From assembly GCA_002269645.1 (NCBI GenBank), contig NIVC01003322.1, positions 1 through 64,000 of the forward strand: DNA of 64,000 nucleotides, given 5' to 3'. Source of the DNA: Macrostomum lignano. Lineage: Eukaryota. The translations under genes were made by a program, and so were the position numbers. This document shows, in pieces, positions 1 through 11,935 of this stretch (its first letter is position 1; every line of letters starts with the position of its first letter). The notes under the pieces are model-generated. The model did no database searches and was not told the origin of the DNA. It was given only the letters and a program-made list of their open reading frames with translations.

Positions 1-1445
1 TCTTCTATTCGCTATTATCGTGACTCTCTTCTCTCTCCTCTCTCTCATCTCATCTCTGCCTACTCTATTAATCTCTCCACTCATTTCTACTCTGTTTTCT
101 ATCATCTCATCTCTCTTCTCTTTTCAATTCTTCTCTTACTCTCTCTCTGACTGATTGAAGATGCCAAATCCATCAAGATCCTCTCGCGAAGCGAAATCCT
201 GTCGTGCAACTGAAACCATCGAAATCCTCTCCGTGAAACTGGACTCCTTCGAAATCCTCTCCTTGAAACTTAAATCATCAAAATCGTCTCCATAAAACAG
301 AAATCAATCATTAATTTATCTCCGCGAAACAGAAATCCTCTCCGTGAAGCTGAACATCATCGAAATCCTCTCCGTGAAACTGAACACCATCGAAATCCTC
401 TCCACGAAACAGAAATCCTCTCCGTCAAAATTAAAACATTGAAATCGTCTCCGCTAAACTGACTCAATCGAATTTTTTGCCGTCAAACAACTCAACTCTC
501 CGGATTCATTGGTTAGGGTTAGGGTTAGGGTTAGGTTAGAACTACGCACAGCTTCGTGTTAAAAGGCACTGATAAAAATATTGAACTAATTGAATCAATT
601 CATTGCGCAACCGATTTCACAGTCAGTCAGTATCAGCCTCAGTAAAGTTAAGAAAAACATTGCGCAATCTAAATCAACCTCCAATACACAGCAGCAGTGA
701 GAAGTTGAACTCCCCCAACTTATCTATTCACGTCTCGCAAAACTGAGTACAATTTTTGCAGAAAGTTAAAAGTATGGAAATAGTTTTTCAATGCTGTGCT
801 TTTTCTTTTCATATTTAAAGCAAACAATTTATATCCCTGAAATCAGCTTTGCAAGTTCTTTCCAGCAATATAATTTTTTCTCTCAAAGTTAAAACTCGAG
901 CAACAGTTTGCGTTTGAAACTTTCTGATTTAAAGCATTGAAATATCGATTGTACGTTCACTGCCTGCTAAAGAGGCCCGCAAGTTTATGCATTGAATTTC
1001 AAGGTTCAACAAAATCACAGGGCTGCCTATTGAAAATTAGAACACAAATCTTTGCGCAATTGTCTATACAGTCAGCCAGTGAGCCAGGTCCGATTGTACA
1101 CAGGCAGCCATTTAGAACGCCCCATCCCCCACTGAGAGAAAATACACTGCAGAGATAGGGAAAAGTTGTGGCGCAATCACTTGAAATTCATGCAAATTTT
1201 CAGCTCCAAGCAGAAAGAGGGACAATTAAGATTATCAAAGGTCAAGACCGCCGTTTTCTGCTTTTTTGAGGATCTTAGAAATTAAAATTTCAGAATTAAA
1301 ATAGCCTATAGCCGACCTCGGATAATTTCCAATCTTCCCATATAAGTTTCAACGCTGAGTTGGCACTATTCAAGGAGGAGTTGTCGAAATGACAGACAGA
1401 CACACAGACAGACAGACAAACAACGCGTCAACTTATATATATAGA
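1..1445 (-). mobile_element. Non-autonomous Helitron unit U1 (3' part outside window)
   Basis: End of CT-rich tract, GAAATCCTCTCCGTGAAACTGAACACCATC minisatellite, TTAGGG tract 511-539, AT-rich core, 5' TC at 1,445. Confidence 0.85.
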
Positions 1446-1449
1446 TATA

Positions 1450-4220
1450 CGAGTGGAACTCCTCCTTCGGAGGAGAAAGGGAAGAACTCCCATCACCGGA
1501 ATTCTATTCCCTGAAATATCCATCAACTGAAATTCCATGTCTTTAACCCTATCTTCCAAATCGTCTCCAAATTCTTTACAAAAATCTTTCAAAGACCATA
1601 GCTCAAAGACTCTTACGTCTCTCATATCTACTCTCTCCTCTCTTCGCTATTATCGTGACTCGCTTCTCTCTCCTCTCTCTCATCTCATCTCTACCCCTAC
1701 TCTCTTATTTATCTCTACTCCCTTATTTATCTCTTCTCCCTCGTCTTTCGTCTGTACCCTATCCTGTCTACTCTCCTATCTTCTATCTTATCTCTCCCCT
1801 TTTCTCTCCTCTCTCATATCTAATCTCTAATCACTTATCTATCGTCTCCGCTCTACTTTCTCTCTTCTTTTTTCTCTCTTCTCTCTGCTCTCATTTCTCG
1901 TATCTCTTATACGCTCTCACCCTCTCCTTTCTTATCTCCCATCTTTCTTCCCTCCTTTCTACTGCATCACCTGTCTCCTCTCTTCTCTTTTCTCTCCTCT
2001 CCATTCTCTCTTCTCTACTCTCATCTCCCCTCATCTCTTCTCTAATCTCTAATCTCTTCTCTCTCTTATTTTCTCACTCATCTCTTTTCTCATTGCATCT
2101 CTCATCTCTCCTCTCTCTCTCTCCTCTCATCTGTACTATCTTTTTTATCTCTTCTCCCAGGTCTTTCAAATTTACTCTCTCCTGTCTCCTCTCTCCCTCG
2201 TCTTTCCTCTCTCATATCTCTTCTCTACTCACTTATATATTCTCTCTCCTCTGCTCCCCTTTTACACTTTCCTATATGCTCTCACTCTCACCCTCCCCTT
2301 TCTTATCTGCTGTTTTTACACTCCTTTCTACCACCTGTCTCCTCTCGTTTCTCTCCTCTCTGCACTCTCATCTTTACCCTCTTCTTTCTCCTCACTACTT
2401 TCTTCTCTTAAATCTCTGATCTCTGATCTTTCATCTCTCTCCTCTCACCTCTCACCTCTCTCCTCTCTTTCCTCTCTTCTATTGCCTCTGTACGCTCTTG
2501 TCCCTCCTTTCTTCTCCATCCTGTCTCCTCTCTGCAATCTCATATCTCCTCTCTCATATCCTCTCCCTTCATCTCCTCTCTCCTCTTCTCTTCTCTCTCC
2601 TTCGTTCCCGCCTTACTTTCCTCTTCTCTCCCATCTGTCATGTCTAATCTCTCCACTCATTTCTACTCTGTTTTCTATCATCTCATCTCTCTTCTCTTTT
2701 CATTCTTCTCTTTACTCTCTTCTCTGACTGATTGAAGATGCCAAATCCATCAAGATCCTCTCCGCGAAGCAGAAATCCTGTCCGTGCAACTGAAAACCAT
2801 CGAAATCTTCTCCGTGAAACTGGACTCCTTCGAAATCCTCTCCTTGAAACTTAAATCCATCAAAATCGTCTCCATAAAACAGAAATCAATCATAAATTAT
2901 CTCCGCGAAACAGAAATCCTCTCCGTGAAGCTGAACATCATCGAAATCCTCTCCGTGAAACTGAACACCTTCGAAATCCTCTCCGTGAAACTGAACACCT
3001 TCGAAATCCTCTCCTTGAAACTTAAATCTATCAAAATCGTCTCCATAAAGCAGAAATCAATCATAAATTTAACTCCGCGAAACAGAAATCCTCTCCGTGA
3101 AGCTGAACATCATCAAAATCCTCTCCGTGAAACTGAGCACCATCGAAATCCTCTCCACGAAACAGAAATCCTCTTTGTCAAAATTAAAACATTGAAATCG
3201 TCTCCGCTAAACTGGACTCAATCAATTTTTTCCGTCAAACAACTCAACTCTCCGGATTCATTGGTTAGGGTTAGGGTTAGGGTTAGAACTACGCACAGCT
3301 TCGTGTTAAAAGGCACTGATAAACTATTGAACTAATTGAATCAATTCATTGCGCAACCGATTTCACAGTCAGTCAGTATCAGTCTCAGTTAAAGTTAACA
3401 AAAACATTGCGCAATCTAATCAACCCTCCAATACAAAGCAACTGACCCCCTTCCTATACACAGCGCCAGTTAGAAGTCGAAACCCCCAACTTTATCTCTC
3501 ACCTCTCGCCAAAATGAGTACAATCTTTGCAGAAAGTTTAAAGTATGGAAATAGTTTTTGCAATGCAGAGCTTTTAGTTTTCATATTTGAAGCAAACAAT
3601 TTATATCCCTGAAATCAGCTTTGCAAGTTCTATCCAGCAATATAAATTTTTTTCTCAAAGTTAAAAACTCGAGCAACAGTTTGCGTTTGAAACTTTCTGA
3701 TTTAAAGCATTGAAATATCGATTGTACGTTCACTGCCTGCTAAAGAGGCCCGCAAGTTTATGCATTGAATTTCAAGGTTCAACAAAATCACAGGGCTGCC
3801 TATTGAAAATTAGAACACAAATCTTTGCGCAATTGTCTATACAGTCAGCCAGTGAGCCAGGGTCCGATTGTACACAGGCAGCCATTTAGAACGCCCCATC
3901 CCCCCACTGGAGAGAAAATACACTGCAGAGATAGGGAAAAGTTGTGGCGCAATCACTTGAAATTCATGCAAATTTTCAGCTCCAAGCAGAAAGAGGGGAC
4001 AATTAAGATTATCAAAGGTCAAGACCGCCGTTTTCTGCTTTTTTGAGGATCTTAGAAATTAAAATTTCAGAATTAAAATAGCCTATAGCCGACCTCGGAT
4101 AATTTCCAATCTTCCCATATAAGTTTCAACGCTGAGTTGCCACTATTCAAGGAGGAGTTGTCGAAATGACAGACACACAGACAGACATACAGACAAACAA
4201 CACGTCAACTTTAGTATATA
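1450..4220 (-). mobile_element. Non-autonomous Helitron unit U2
   Basis: Hairpin/CTCG end at 1,450; CT tract ~1,600-2,728; minisatellite; TTAGGG 3,263-3,286; core; 5' end at 4,220. Confidence 0.85.
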
Positions 4221-6426
4221 CGAGTGGAACTCCTCCTCCGGAGGAGAAAGGGGAAGAACTCCCATCACCGGAATTCTATTCCCTGAAATATCCATCAACT
4301 GAAATTCCATGTCTTTAACCCTATCTTCCAAATCGTCTCCAAATTCTTTACAAAATCTTTCAAAGACCATAGCTCAAAGACTCTCAAGTCTCTCATATCT
4401 CCTCTCTCCTCTCTTTCATCTCATCTCTACCCCTGTTCCCTTATTTATCTCTTCTCCCTCGTCTTTCGTCTGTACCTTCTCCTGTCTTCTGTCTCCTCTC
4501 TTCACTCTTATCTCTCCCTCTTCTCTCCTCTCTCATATGTCATCTCTACTCACTTATCTATCGTCTCTCTTAACCCTCTCTCTCTCTTCTCTTTTCTCTT
4601 CTCTCTGCTCTCATTTCTCATATTTCATATACGCTCTGACACTACTTTCTTGTCTCCCATCTTTCTTCCTCCTTTTCACTATCCCCTGTCTCTTCTCTTC
4701 TCTCTTTTCTATTCTCTCCATTCTCTCTTTTCTCCTTTCCTTGCTCCTTTCATCTCTCTCCTCTCTCCTCACTCTCTTCTCCTTTCGCTTCTCTCTCCTC
4801 TCTCTCCTCTCATCTTTACTACCTTATTTATATCTTCTCCCTAGTCTTTCGTCTGTACTCTCTCCTGTCTCCTCTCTCCCCTCCTCTCTCATCCCTCATC
4901 TCCTCATCTCCTCATCTCACTCTTTCTTTCTCCTCTACTCTCCCCTCTCTTCTATTGCCTCTGTACGCTCTTATCCCTCATCTATTCTCTCTCCTATCAT
5001 CTCCAATCTGTCATGTCTAATCTCTCCACTCAATTATACTCTGTTTTCTATCATCTCTTCTCTCTTCTCTTTTCAGTCTTCTCTTTACTCTCTTCTCTGA
5101 CTGATTGAAGATGCCAAATCCATCAAGATCCTCTCCGCGAAGCAAAAATCCTGTCTGTGCAACTAAAAACCATCGAAATCCTCTCGTGAAACTGGACTCC
5201 TTCGAAATCCTCTCCTTGAAACCTGAATCCATCAAAATTGTTTCCATAAAACAGAAATCAATCATAAATTATCTCCGCGAAACAGAAAGCCTCTCCGTGA
5301 AGCTGAACATGATCGAAATCCTCTCCGTGAAACTGAACACCATGGAAATCCTTTCGTGAAACTGAACATCATCGAAATCCTCTCCACGAAACAGAAATCT
5401 TCTCCGTCAGAATTTAAACATTGAAATCGTCTCCGCTAAACTTGACTTAATCGAATTTTTTCCGTCAAACAACTCAACTCGCCAGATTCATTAGGGTTAG
5501 GGTTAGGGTTAGGGTTAGAACTACGCACAGCTTCGTGTTAAAAGGCACAGATAAAAATATTGAACTAATTGAATCAATTCATTGCGCAACCGATTTCACA
5601 GTCAGTCAGTATCAGCCTCAGGTAAAGTTAACAAAAGATTGCGCAATCTAAATCAACCCTCCAATCCACAGCTGTAGTGAGAAGTTGAACCCTCCCCCCA
5701 ACTTTATCTATTACGTCTTGCAAAACTGAGTACAATATTTGCAAAAAGTTAAAAGTATGGAAATAGTTTTCCAAATGCTGTGCTTTTTCTTTTCATAGTT
5801 AAAACAAACAACTTATATCCCCGAACTCAGCGTTGCAAGATCTTGCCAGCAATATAAGTATCTCCTCTCAAAGTTTAAAACTCGAGGAACAGCTAGCGTT
5901 TGAAACTGTCTGATTTATAGCATTGAAGTATCGAGTGTACGTTCACTGCCTGCTTGCAAGTTGATGCATTGAATTTCAATGTCCAACAAATACACAGGAC
6001 TGCCCATTGATAGGCAGGAAAACTTATCAGTAGCCACATCATTGCGCAATTATCTATAAAGTCAGCCAGTGAGCCAGGGTCCAATTGTACACACGCCGCC
6101 AATGAGAACGCGCCCATTCCCCTACAGGAGAGAAAATGCACTGGCGACATAGGAAAAAGTTGTGGCGTAATCACTCAAAATTTATGCCAATTTTCAGCTC
6201 CGAGCAGAAAGAGGGGACAATTAAGATTATCAAAGGTCAAGACCGCCGTTTTCTGCTTTTTTAGGGATCTTAAAAATTGAAAATGAAAGATTAAAATAGC
6301 CTAAAGCCATCCTCGGAAAATTTGCAGTTTTCCCATATAAGTTTCAACGCTGAGTTGCAAGTATTCTAGGAGGAGTTATCGAACTGACATACAGACAGAC
6401 AAACAACGCGTCAACTTTAGTATATA
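4221..6426 (-). mobile_element. Non-autonomous Helitron unit U3 (near-identical to U6)
   Basis: Same modules; (TTAGGG)4 at 5,491-5,518; spurious ORFs at 4309 and 5893 match those at 18391 and 19967 almost residue for residue. Confidence 0.85.
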
Positions 6427-8016
6427 CGAGTGGAACTCCTCCTTCGGAGGAGAAAGGGGAAGAACTCCCATCACCGGAATTCCATTCCCTGAAATCCATC
6501 AGCTGAAACTCCATGACTTGAATCCCATCTTCCAAATCGTCTCCAAATTCTTTACAAAATTTTGAAAGACCATAGCTCAAAGACTCTCACGTCTCTCATA
6601 TCTCCTCTCTCCTCTCTTCGCTATTATCGTGACTCGCTTCTCTCTCCTCTCTCTCCTCTCATCTCTACCCCTACTCCCTTATTTATATCTTCTCCCTGGT
6701 CTTTCGTCTCTACTCTCTCCTGTCTCATTTCTCCCCTCTTTTCTCCTCTCTTCTCTCTCCCCTCTCCTCCCTCATCTCTCATCCTTCATCTCACTCTTTC
6801 TTTCTTCTCTACTCTCCCCTCTCATCTATTTCCCCTGTACGCTCTTATCCCTCATCTCTATTCTCTCTCCTATCATCTCTCCAAATTCTTTACAAAACCT
6901 TTCAAAGACCATAGCTCAAAGACTCTCACGTCTCTCATATCTCCTCTCTCATATCTCTTCCCTCATCTCACTCTTTCTTTCTCCTCTACTCTCCCCTCTC
7001 TTCTATTTCCTCTGTACGCTCTTATCCGTCATCTATTCTCTTTCCTATTATCTCTCTTGTCTCCCTCTGCTATCTCATATCTCCCCTCTCATCTCCTCTC
7101 TCCTCTTCTCTTCTCTCTCCCTCTTCGTTTCCGCCTTACTCCCCTCTTCTCTTCCATCGGTCATGTCTAATCTATCCACTCATTTCTACTCTGTTTTATA
7201 CCATTTCATGTCTCTTCTCTTTTCGATCTTCTCTTTACTCTCTTTTATGACTGATTGAAGATGCCAAATCTATCAAGATCCTCTCCGCGAAGCAGAAATC
7301 CTCTCCGTGAAACTGAAAACCATTGAAATCCTCTCCGCGAAACAGAAATCCTCTCCGTGAAACTGAAAACCATCGAAATTATCTCTTTAAAACTGGACTC
7401 AATCGAAATTTTCTCCGTCAAAAAGAATAAAATATTAGGATTCATTGGTTAGGGTTATTGTTAGGGTTAGGGTTAGGGTTAGAGCTACACACAGCTGCGT
7501 GTTTAAATAAAAAATTGAGCCAATTGAATCAATTGATAGCGCAACCGATTTCAAAGTCAGTCAGTATCAGTCTCAGTTAAAGTGAACAAAAAGATTGCGC
7601 AATTTAAATCAACCCTCCAGTACACAGAGACCGGCCCCTTTTCAATACGCAGTGGCAGTTAGAAATTGAACCCGGGTGTTGGGGCATTGAACTAAAAATG
7701 AGTACAATCTTTGCAGAAAGCTAAAAGTATGGAAATAGTTTTTGTATGCTGTGCTTTTAGTCTTTATATTTAAAGCAAACAATTTATATCCTCGAACTCA
7801 GCGTTGCAAGATCTTTTCAGCAGTATAAGTCTCTTCTCTTAAAGTTTAGAACTCGAAGAGCAGTTAGCGTTTGAAAGTTCCCGTTTTAAAGCATTGAAAT
7901 ATCGAGTATACGTTCACTGCCTGCCAAAGAGGCTCGCAAGTTTATTCATTCATTACACAGGCCGGCTATTACACAGGGCAGCCTATTAAAAGGCACAGAT
8001 AATGAAACAAATTGAT
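6427..8016 (-). mobile_element. Non-autonomous unit U4, lacking its 5' end (deletion junction at ~8,016)
   Basis: Hairpin end at 6,427; CT tract with internal duplication (6,545/6,885); TTAGGG 7,447-7,482; core breaks at AAACAAATTGATG. Confidence 0.8.
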
Positions 8017-8058
8017 GTCTCTATCTTCTCATGTCTCATGAGAGATGTCTCAAATTGA

Positions 8059-10597
8059 CATCTCTACCCCTACTCTCTTATTTATCTCTACTCCCTTATT
8101 TATCTCTTCTCCCTCGTCTTTCGTCTGTACCCTATCCTGTCTACTCTCCTATCTTCTATCTTATCTCTCCCCTTTTCTCTCCTCTCTCATATCTAATCTC
8201 TAATCACTTATCTATCGTCTCCGCTCTACTTTCTCTCTTCTTTTTTCTCTCTTCTCTCTGCTCTCATTTCTCGTATCTCTTATACGCTCTCACCCTCTCC
8301 TTTCTTATCTCCCATCTTTCTTCCCTCCTTTCTACTGCATCACCTGTCTCCTCTCTTCTCTTTTCTCTCCTCTCCATTCTCTCTTCTCTACTCTCATCTC
8401 CCCTCATCTCTTCTCTAATCTCTAATCTCTTCTCTCTCTTATTTTCTCACTCATCTCTTTTCTCATTGCATCTCTCATCTCTCCTCTCTCTCTCTCCTCT
8501 CATCTGTACTATCTTTTTTATCTCTTCTCCCAGGTCTTTCAAATTTACTCTCTCCTGTCTCCTCTCTCCCCTCGTCTTTCCTCTCTCATATCTCTTCTCT
8601 ACTCACTTATATATTCTCTCTCCTCTGCTCCCCTTTTACACTTTCCTATATGCTCTCACTCTCACCCTCCCCTTTCTTATCTGCTGTTTTTACACTCCTT
8701 TCTACCACCTGTCTCCTCTCGTTTCTCTCCTCTCTGCACTCTCATCTTTACCCTCTTCTTTCTCCTCACTACTTTCTTCTCTTAAATCTCTGATCTCTGA
8801 TCTTTCATCTCTCTCCTCTCACCTCTCACCTCTCTCCTCTCTTTCCTCTCTTCTATTGCCTCTGTACGCTCTTGTCCCTCCTTTCTTCTCCATCCTGTCT
8901 CCTCTCTGCAATCTCATATCTCCTCTCTCATATCCTCTCCCTTCATCTCCTCTCTCCTCTTCTCTTCTCTCTCCTTCGTTCCCGCCTTACTTTCCTCTTC
9001 TCTCCCATCTGTCATGTCTAATCTCTCCACTCATTTCTACTCTGTTTTCTATCATCTCATCTCTCTTCTCTTTTCATTCTTCTCTTTACTCTCTTCTCTG
9101 ACTGATTGAAGATGCCAAATCCATCAAGATCCTCTCCGCGAAGCAGAAATCCTGTCCGTGCAACTGAAAACCATCGAAATCCTCTCCGTGAAACTGGACT
9201 CCTTCGAAATCCTCTCCTTGAAACTTAAATCCATCAAAATCGTCTCCATAAAACAGAAATCAATCATAAATTTATCTCCGCGAAACAGAAATCCTCTCCG
9301 TGAAGCTGAACATCATCGAAATCCTCTCCGTGAAACTGAACACCTTCGAAATCCTCTCCGTGAAACTGAACACCTTCGAAATCCTCTCCTTGAAACTTAA
9401 ATCTATCAAAATCGTCTCCATAAAGCAGAAATCAATCATAAATTTAACTCCGCGAAACAGAAATCCTCTCCGTGAAGCTGAACATCATCAAAATCCTCTC
9501 CGTGAAACTGAGCACCATCGAAATCCTCTCCACGAAACAGAAATCCTCTTTGTCAAAATTAAAACATTGAAATCGTCTCCGCTAAACTGGACTCAATCAA
9601 TTTTTTCCGTCAAACAACTCAACTCTCCGGATTCATTGGTTAGGGTTAGGGTTAGGGTTAGAACTACGCACAGCTTCGTGTTAAAAGGCACTGATAAACT
9701 ATTGAACTAATTGAATCAATTCATTGCGCAACCGATTTCACAGTCAGTCAGTATCAGTCTCAGTTAAAGTTAACAAAAACATTGCGCAATCTAAATCAAC
9801 CCTCCAATACAAAGCAACTGACCCCCTTCCTATACACAGCGCCAGTTGGAAGTCGAAACCCCCAACTTTATCTCTCACCTCTCGCCAAAATGAGTACAAT
9901 CTTTGCAGAAAGTTTAAAGTATGGAAATAGTTTTTGCAATGCAGAGCTTTTAGTTTTCATATTTGAAGCAAACAATTTATATCCCTGAAATCAGCTTTGC
10001 AAGTTCTTTCCAGCAATATAAATTTTTTCTCTCAAAGTTAAAAACTCGAGCAACAGTTTGCGTTTGAAACTTTCTGATTTAAAGCATTGAAATATCGATT
10101 GTACGTTCACTGCCTGCTAAAGAGGCCCGCAAGTTTATGCATTGAATTTCAACGTTCAACAAAATCACAGGGCTGCCTATTGAAAATTAGAACACAAATC
10201 TTTGCGCAATTGTCTATACAGTCAGCCAGTGAGCCAGGGTCCGATTGTACACAGGCAGCCATTTAGAACGCCCCATCCCCCCACTGGAGAGAAAATACAC
10301 TGCAGAGATAGGGAAAAGTTGTGGCGCAATCACTTGAAATTCATGCAAATTTTCAGCTCCAAGCAGAAAGAGGGGACAATTAAGATTATCAAAGGTCAAG
10401 ACCGCCGTTTTCTGCTTTTTTGAGGATCTTAGAAATTAAAATTTCAGAATTAAAATAGCCTATAGCCGACCTCGGATAATTTCCAATCTTCCCATATAAG
10501 TTTCAACGCTGAGTTGCCACTATTCAAGGAGGAGTTGTCGAAATGACAGACAGACACACAGACAGACAGACAAACAACGCGTCAACTTTAGTATATA
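8059..10597 (-). mobile_element. Non-autonomous unit U5, lacking its 3' hairpin end (near-identical to U2)
   Basis: CT tract matches U2 and U7 (ORF 8031 vs 1655 and 20707); TTAGGG 9,638-9,661; 5' end at 10,597. Confidence 0.82.
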
Positions 10598-10606
10598 CGA
10601 GGCCAA

Positions 10607-10623
10607 CTCCTCCTCCGGAGGAG
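10607..10623 (-). other. Helitron 3' terminator hairpin (also at 1459-1475, 4230-4246, 6436-6452, 18312-18328, 31184-31200 and the other junctions)
   Basis: CTCCTCC-(TCC/TTC/GAT)-GGAGGAG: perfect 7-bp stem with variable 3-nt loop, 9 nt from the 3' terminus. Confidence 0.85.
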
Positions 10624-11559
10624 AAAGGGGAAGAACTCCCATCACCGGAATCCCATAACCGGAATTCCATTCCCTGAAATCCATCAGCTGAATCTCATGA
10701 GCTAAGTCAGTCAGAGTAAGAGTCACACAAAGCATTTATGACGTAATCAATTTATCAGGCAGTCGGTGTTAGGCTCATTATAAATTAACTATAAGGTTAC
10801 GCAATCCAAATCAACCCTCCAATACGTACACAGCGACCTACACTTTCAGTACACAACGCGCAATTAGAAATCTAACTAACGCATCCATTCCTATCAGGTA
10901 GTTATACTTCTGTGTCTCCGTTAAATATATTAAAAAACTAATTCAAAGACATCATTGGGGGGTGCGCAGGAAACGACCAAATTAAAGGGATAGTATAAGC
11001 ACGGGTCATTGGCTAAGTATTGCATAATTGTTAATTCAGAATTTATGTGCATGTAATACCTTTTCATTATTTATGATGTTTACTAATAGCCTATGAATCG
11101 ACTGGCTCGTTTGTATTCTGAATCCTGCGCACCCCGAGTACAGTATGGCATATATTTTTTATTAAAGCTCTTTCCAGCAATAAATTGTGTTATAATAGGG
11201 GTGCAAGCAAAGGTGGGGAGAAAGTGGAAGAAACCTAATAACTTAACTGACAATACTAAATGTGTGAATTGGCCGTTAATATTACACGTGTAACAAAATA
11301 CATAAATAATTACGAACGGCTACTTTGTACATTAAAAAGATTCAGAAAAAATAAGTACGGCAATTGAATCTAAATTGCTTGGAGCCTGAGCATTCTTAGA
11401 AGCTCCCCTTATATGAGCAACTCTATCAAGAAACAGTTTTGCCACTACCTAATAGTTTATGTTAAAAGATTTATCAGTCTCATTATTTGTCGCACTCTCA
11501 ATTTGGCACTCAATGTGGCATAAGTATTTTCGCTCGTGAATTCGTCACTCTCAAAATTT

Positions 11560-11895
11560 ATGACTCATAATTTGTCTCTCATAATTTATCACTCTCATAA
11601 TTCGTCACACTCAATATGACATCCTGAATTTTGCACCCTCATAAGTATTATCGCTCTCAAATTTGTCACTCATAATTTTTCACTCCCTCTCATGATTAAC
11701 CACTCCTTCTCATAATTTTTCACCCACTCGCTCCCATAATTTGTCACTCACTCTCATAATTTGTCACTTACTCTCATAATTTGTCACTTACTCTCATAAT
11801 TTGTCACTCACTCTCATAATTTGTCTCTCACTCTCATAATTTTTCTCTCACTCTCATAATTTATCACTCACTCTTATAATATGTCACTCATATTA
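11560..11895. repeat. 20-bp minisatellite downstream of the RepHel stop codon
   Basis: Tandem CTCTCATAATTTGTCACTCA units, degenerating toward lower coordinates. Confidence 0.9.
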
Positions 11896-11935
11896 TATTT
11901 CTGTCATTTGAGTCTGTTAATTCAATTGAGTCTAA

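Noticed and set aside
160-470. Heat-shock elements in the Helitron minisatellite (by analogy with nematode Helitrons)
   Set aside because: GAA triplets are mostly in direct orientation; no nGAAnnTTCnnGAAn triple was found.
511-539. True chromosome end
   Set aside because: Tracts are only 2-5 repeats, internal to repeat units, and point toward the gene-containing side.
2784-3335. LKTIEILSVK / RNPLRETEH repeat ORFs
   Set aside because: Translations of the 30-bp minisatellite; frame not conserved between units.
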